Below are positions 62,326-64,000 of a stretch of DNA of 64,000 nt, one piece after another (positions within the stretch are counted from its first letter, which is position 1; the number at the start of each line of letters is the position of its first letter). The translations under genes were made by a program, and so were the position numbers. The notes below the pieces were generated by a model. The model did no database searches. It was not told the DNA's origin and was given only the letters and a program-made list of their open reading frames with translations. The stretch is from Leucoraja ocellata. Taxonomy: Eukaryota. The DNA lies in contig JAWMAR010000388.1 of NCBI GenBank assembly GCA_036785375.1, positions 186,001 to 250,000 on the forward strand, in the 5' to 3' direction.

Positions 62326-63289
62326 ACAGTGATACAATGTTAATCATTCGTTCTTCCGTGCCGATCACATTGTAAACGTAAACTCGTTTTAAAGATGCTG
62401 GAAACTGAACTGAATTGCATCATTAATTTTAATTGATTATTATTGATTTCATTGAGGCAATGATGCACACAGACAAACATTTGAAACATGTGCCAATTTA
62501 TTTAATTACGAAGTATTAACATGTTCTTACAATTTATATGCTACATTTAGTTTCCAAATGTTGTGGTACATAACCTTTACTAATTCAGATATTATATTGA
62601 GGGAGTTCTTTTTAATCCTTACCAATGCAATCTCATACATGTTTTTAATCTGGTATGAATGTAATGTTCTTGCCGGCTGGTTTGCTTTTTGGAATGTCCT
62701 TGCAATTACGGTCGACATAGAAATGATCGGTATATTTTCGTGAGTGATGGGACAACAAAATACAGTTAAAAAGTAACATTTGAAGTGTGTTATTTGTCGC
62801 TACCATTTCAATCCCATCCACCCCCTTAGTTGGTTTCGTTCGATGGACACATTTAAGGCCAAATTACACGAACAAGATTGTGATTGTTTATTTTTTGTCT
62901 TCTCCCAAATTATGTTCGGGACCCGATGTGGAAAACCATAGCCATCCTTCCATTGTTTCTGATTTTATCGGATAATCTCTGAACCATTTATGACAAAAAC
63001 TCTTCCCTCTTCCTTCAAATCAAAAGTTTAGCCACGGGCACTCTCAGTGGCCCAAGCGAAACCTACCAAAATTATTTAATTTTAATTAAATAAATGCATA
63101 TGTAATTTTGAACGTCAGTCAAACCCTCGTTTGAACCATTGATTTCAATTCCCACTCTGTTCACGGATTAGTGGGATAACTGTTCGATTCAAATAGCAGA
63201 GAAAATGTTGTTTCCAACATTGCACATCATTTCACCAATTTCCATTTAGCTGGGTACACGGGACAACCCCTGACACAAACTGGCCGATT

Positions 63290-63712
63290 CCCCGAACTCT
63301 TCCTCCTGTACCCATGCAGAACTCATCGACTTCATTGTCTACAAACTTTGACCGTACGATCAAATTCCCCGGGTCTATCCCCGACACATACCTCCCCTTT
63401 GTTGATCTCACCGTCTCCATCGCAGGAGATAGACTATCGACTGACGTAAATGACAAATCTACGGACTCCCACAGCTATCAGGACTGCACCTCTTCCAACC
63501 TTGCCTCCTGCAAAGATTCTATGGTCTATTCCCAAATTCATCCATCTCCGTGCAACTGCTCCCAAGATGAGTTGTTCCATTCCAGGATATCCGAGGTCCT
63601 CATTCTTTAGGGAGCGGGTATTCTCCACTTTTACAATAGACGAGACTCTCACACGTGTCTACACTGTATCCCGTAGATCCGCCCTTGCTCCATCATCCCC
63701 AGTCGCAACAAG
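63290..63712 (+). mobile_element. Decayed Penelope-like RT fragment
   Basis: LPFVDLTVSIAGDRLSTDVNDKSTDSHSY, similar to 36124-36369. Confidence 0.75.
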
Positions 63713-64000
63713 GAGTTTGGTGAGATTGTAACACATACGCCAACGTTAGTTATAGCCATTGAACATTCCTGAGAAATGCTGGGAATTTTACAGTAATTAA
63801 TACTGGAGGCCTATCGATATATTTCCAACTCGAAATTGTGCGTACATTTGGCAGTAACTGCCAGATATTGGCACCCAAGACGTTTTCAGCCAATGTTTTC
63901 CAAGGTGGGATCAAGGCGGAATGATTAACTAATAGTGTGTGATACACGGGTGAAGTTGCATGAAATAGACAAGAGAGAGAGAGAGAGGTTAACATTCATG

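Noticed and set aside
60014-64000. IgH constant-region exons
   Set aside because: No C1-set motif exon was seen. This is intron, so the isotype cannot be confirmed here.

Overview
Eukaryotic DNA from a cartilaginous fish, most likely a skate/ray (inferred from the CR1, Rex1 and Penelope repeat families and the VH sequence). Most of the window is nested transposable elements: CR1 and Rex1/Babar LINEs, Penelope-like elements, a DIRS1-type element, a Hero-type RLE retrotransposon, hAT and TTAA MITEs, a Helitron and tRNA SINEs. There are two N gaps. The only host gene is the 5' part of an immunoglobulin heavy-chain cluster (IgM-like) at 59.0-60.0 kb: leader exon, a VH exon already fused to D-like sequence and followed by a 12-RSS, and one JH with a 23-RSS. 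This is a germline partially joined V(D)D-J cluster; no constant exons lie in the window. Other notable structures: an 11.8-kb TIR-bounded insertion with a 6-bp TSD that splits a CR1 and holds several nested elements; a tandem duplication that preserves the empty site; a U2 snRNA retrocopy inside the DIRS RT; a Hero/Crack chimera; mini-elements with a hammerhead-like core and 11-bp TSDs; and non-autonomous, probably Rex1-dependent retroposons sharing a conserved hairpin. TE boundaries are approximate unless a TSD or TIR is quoted.
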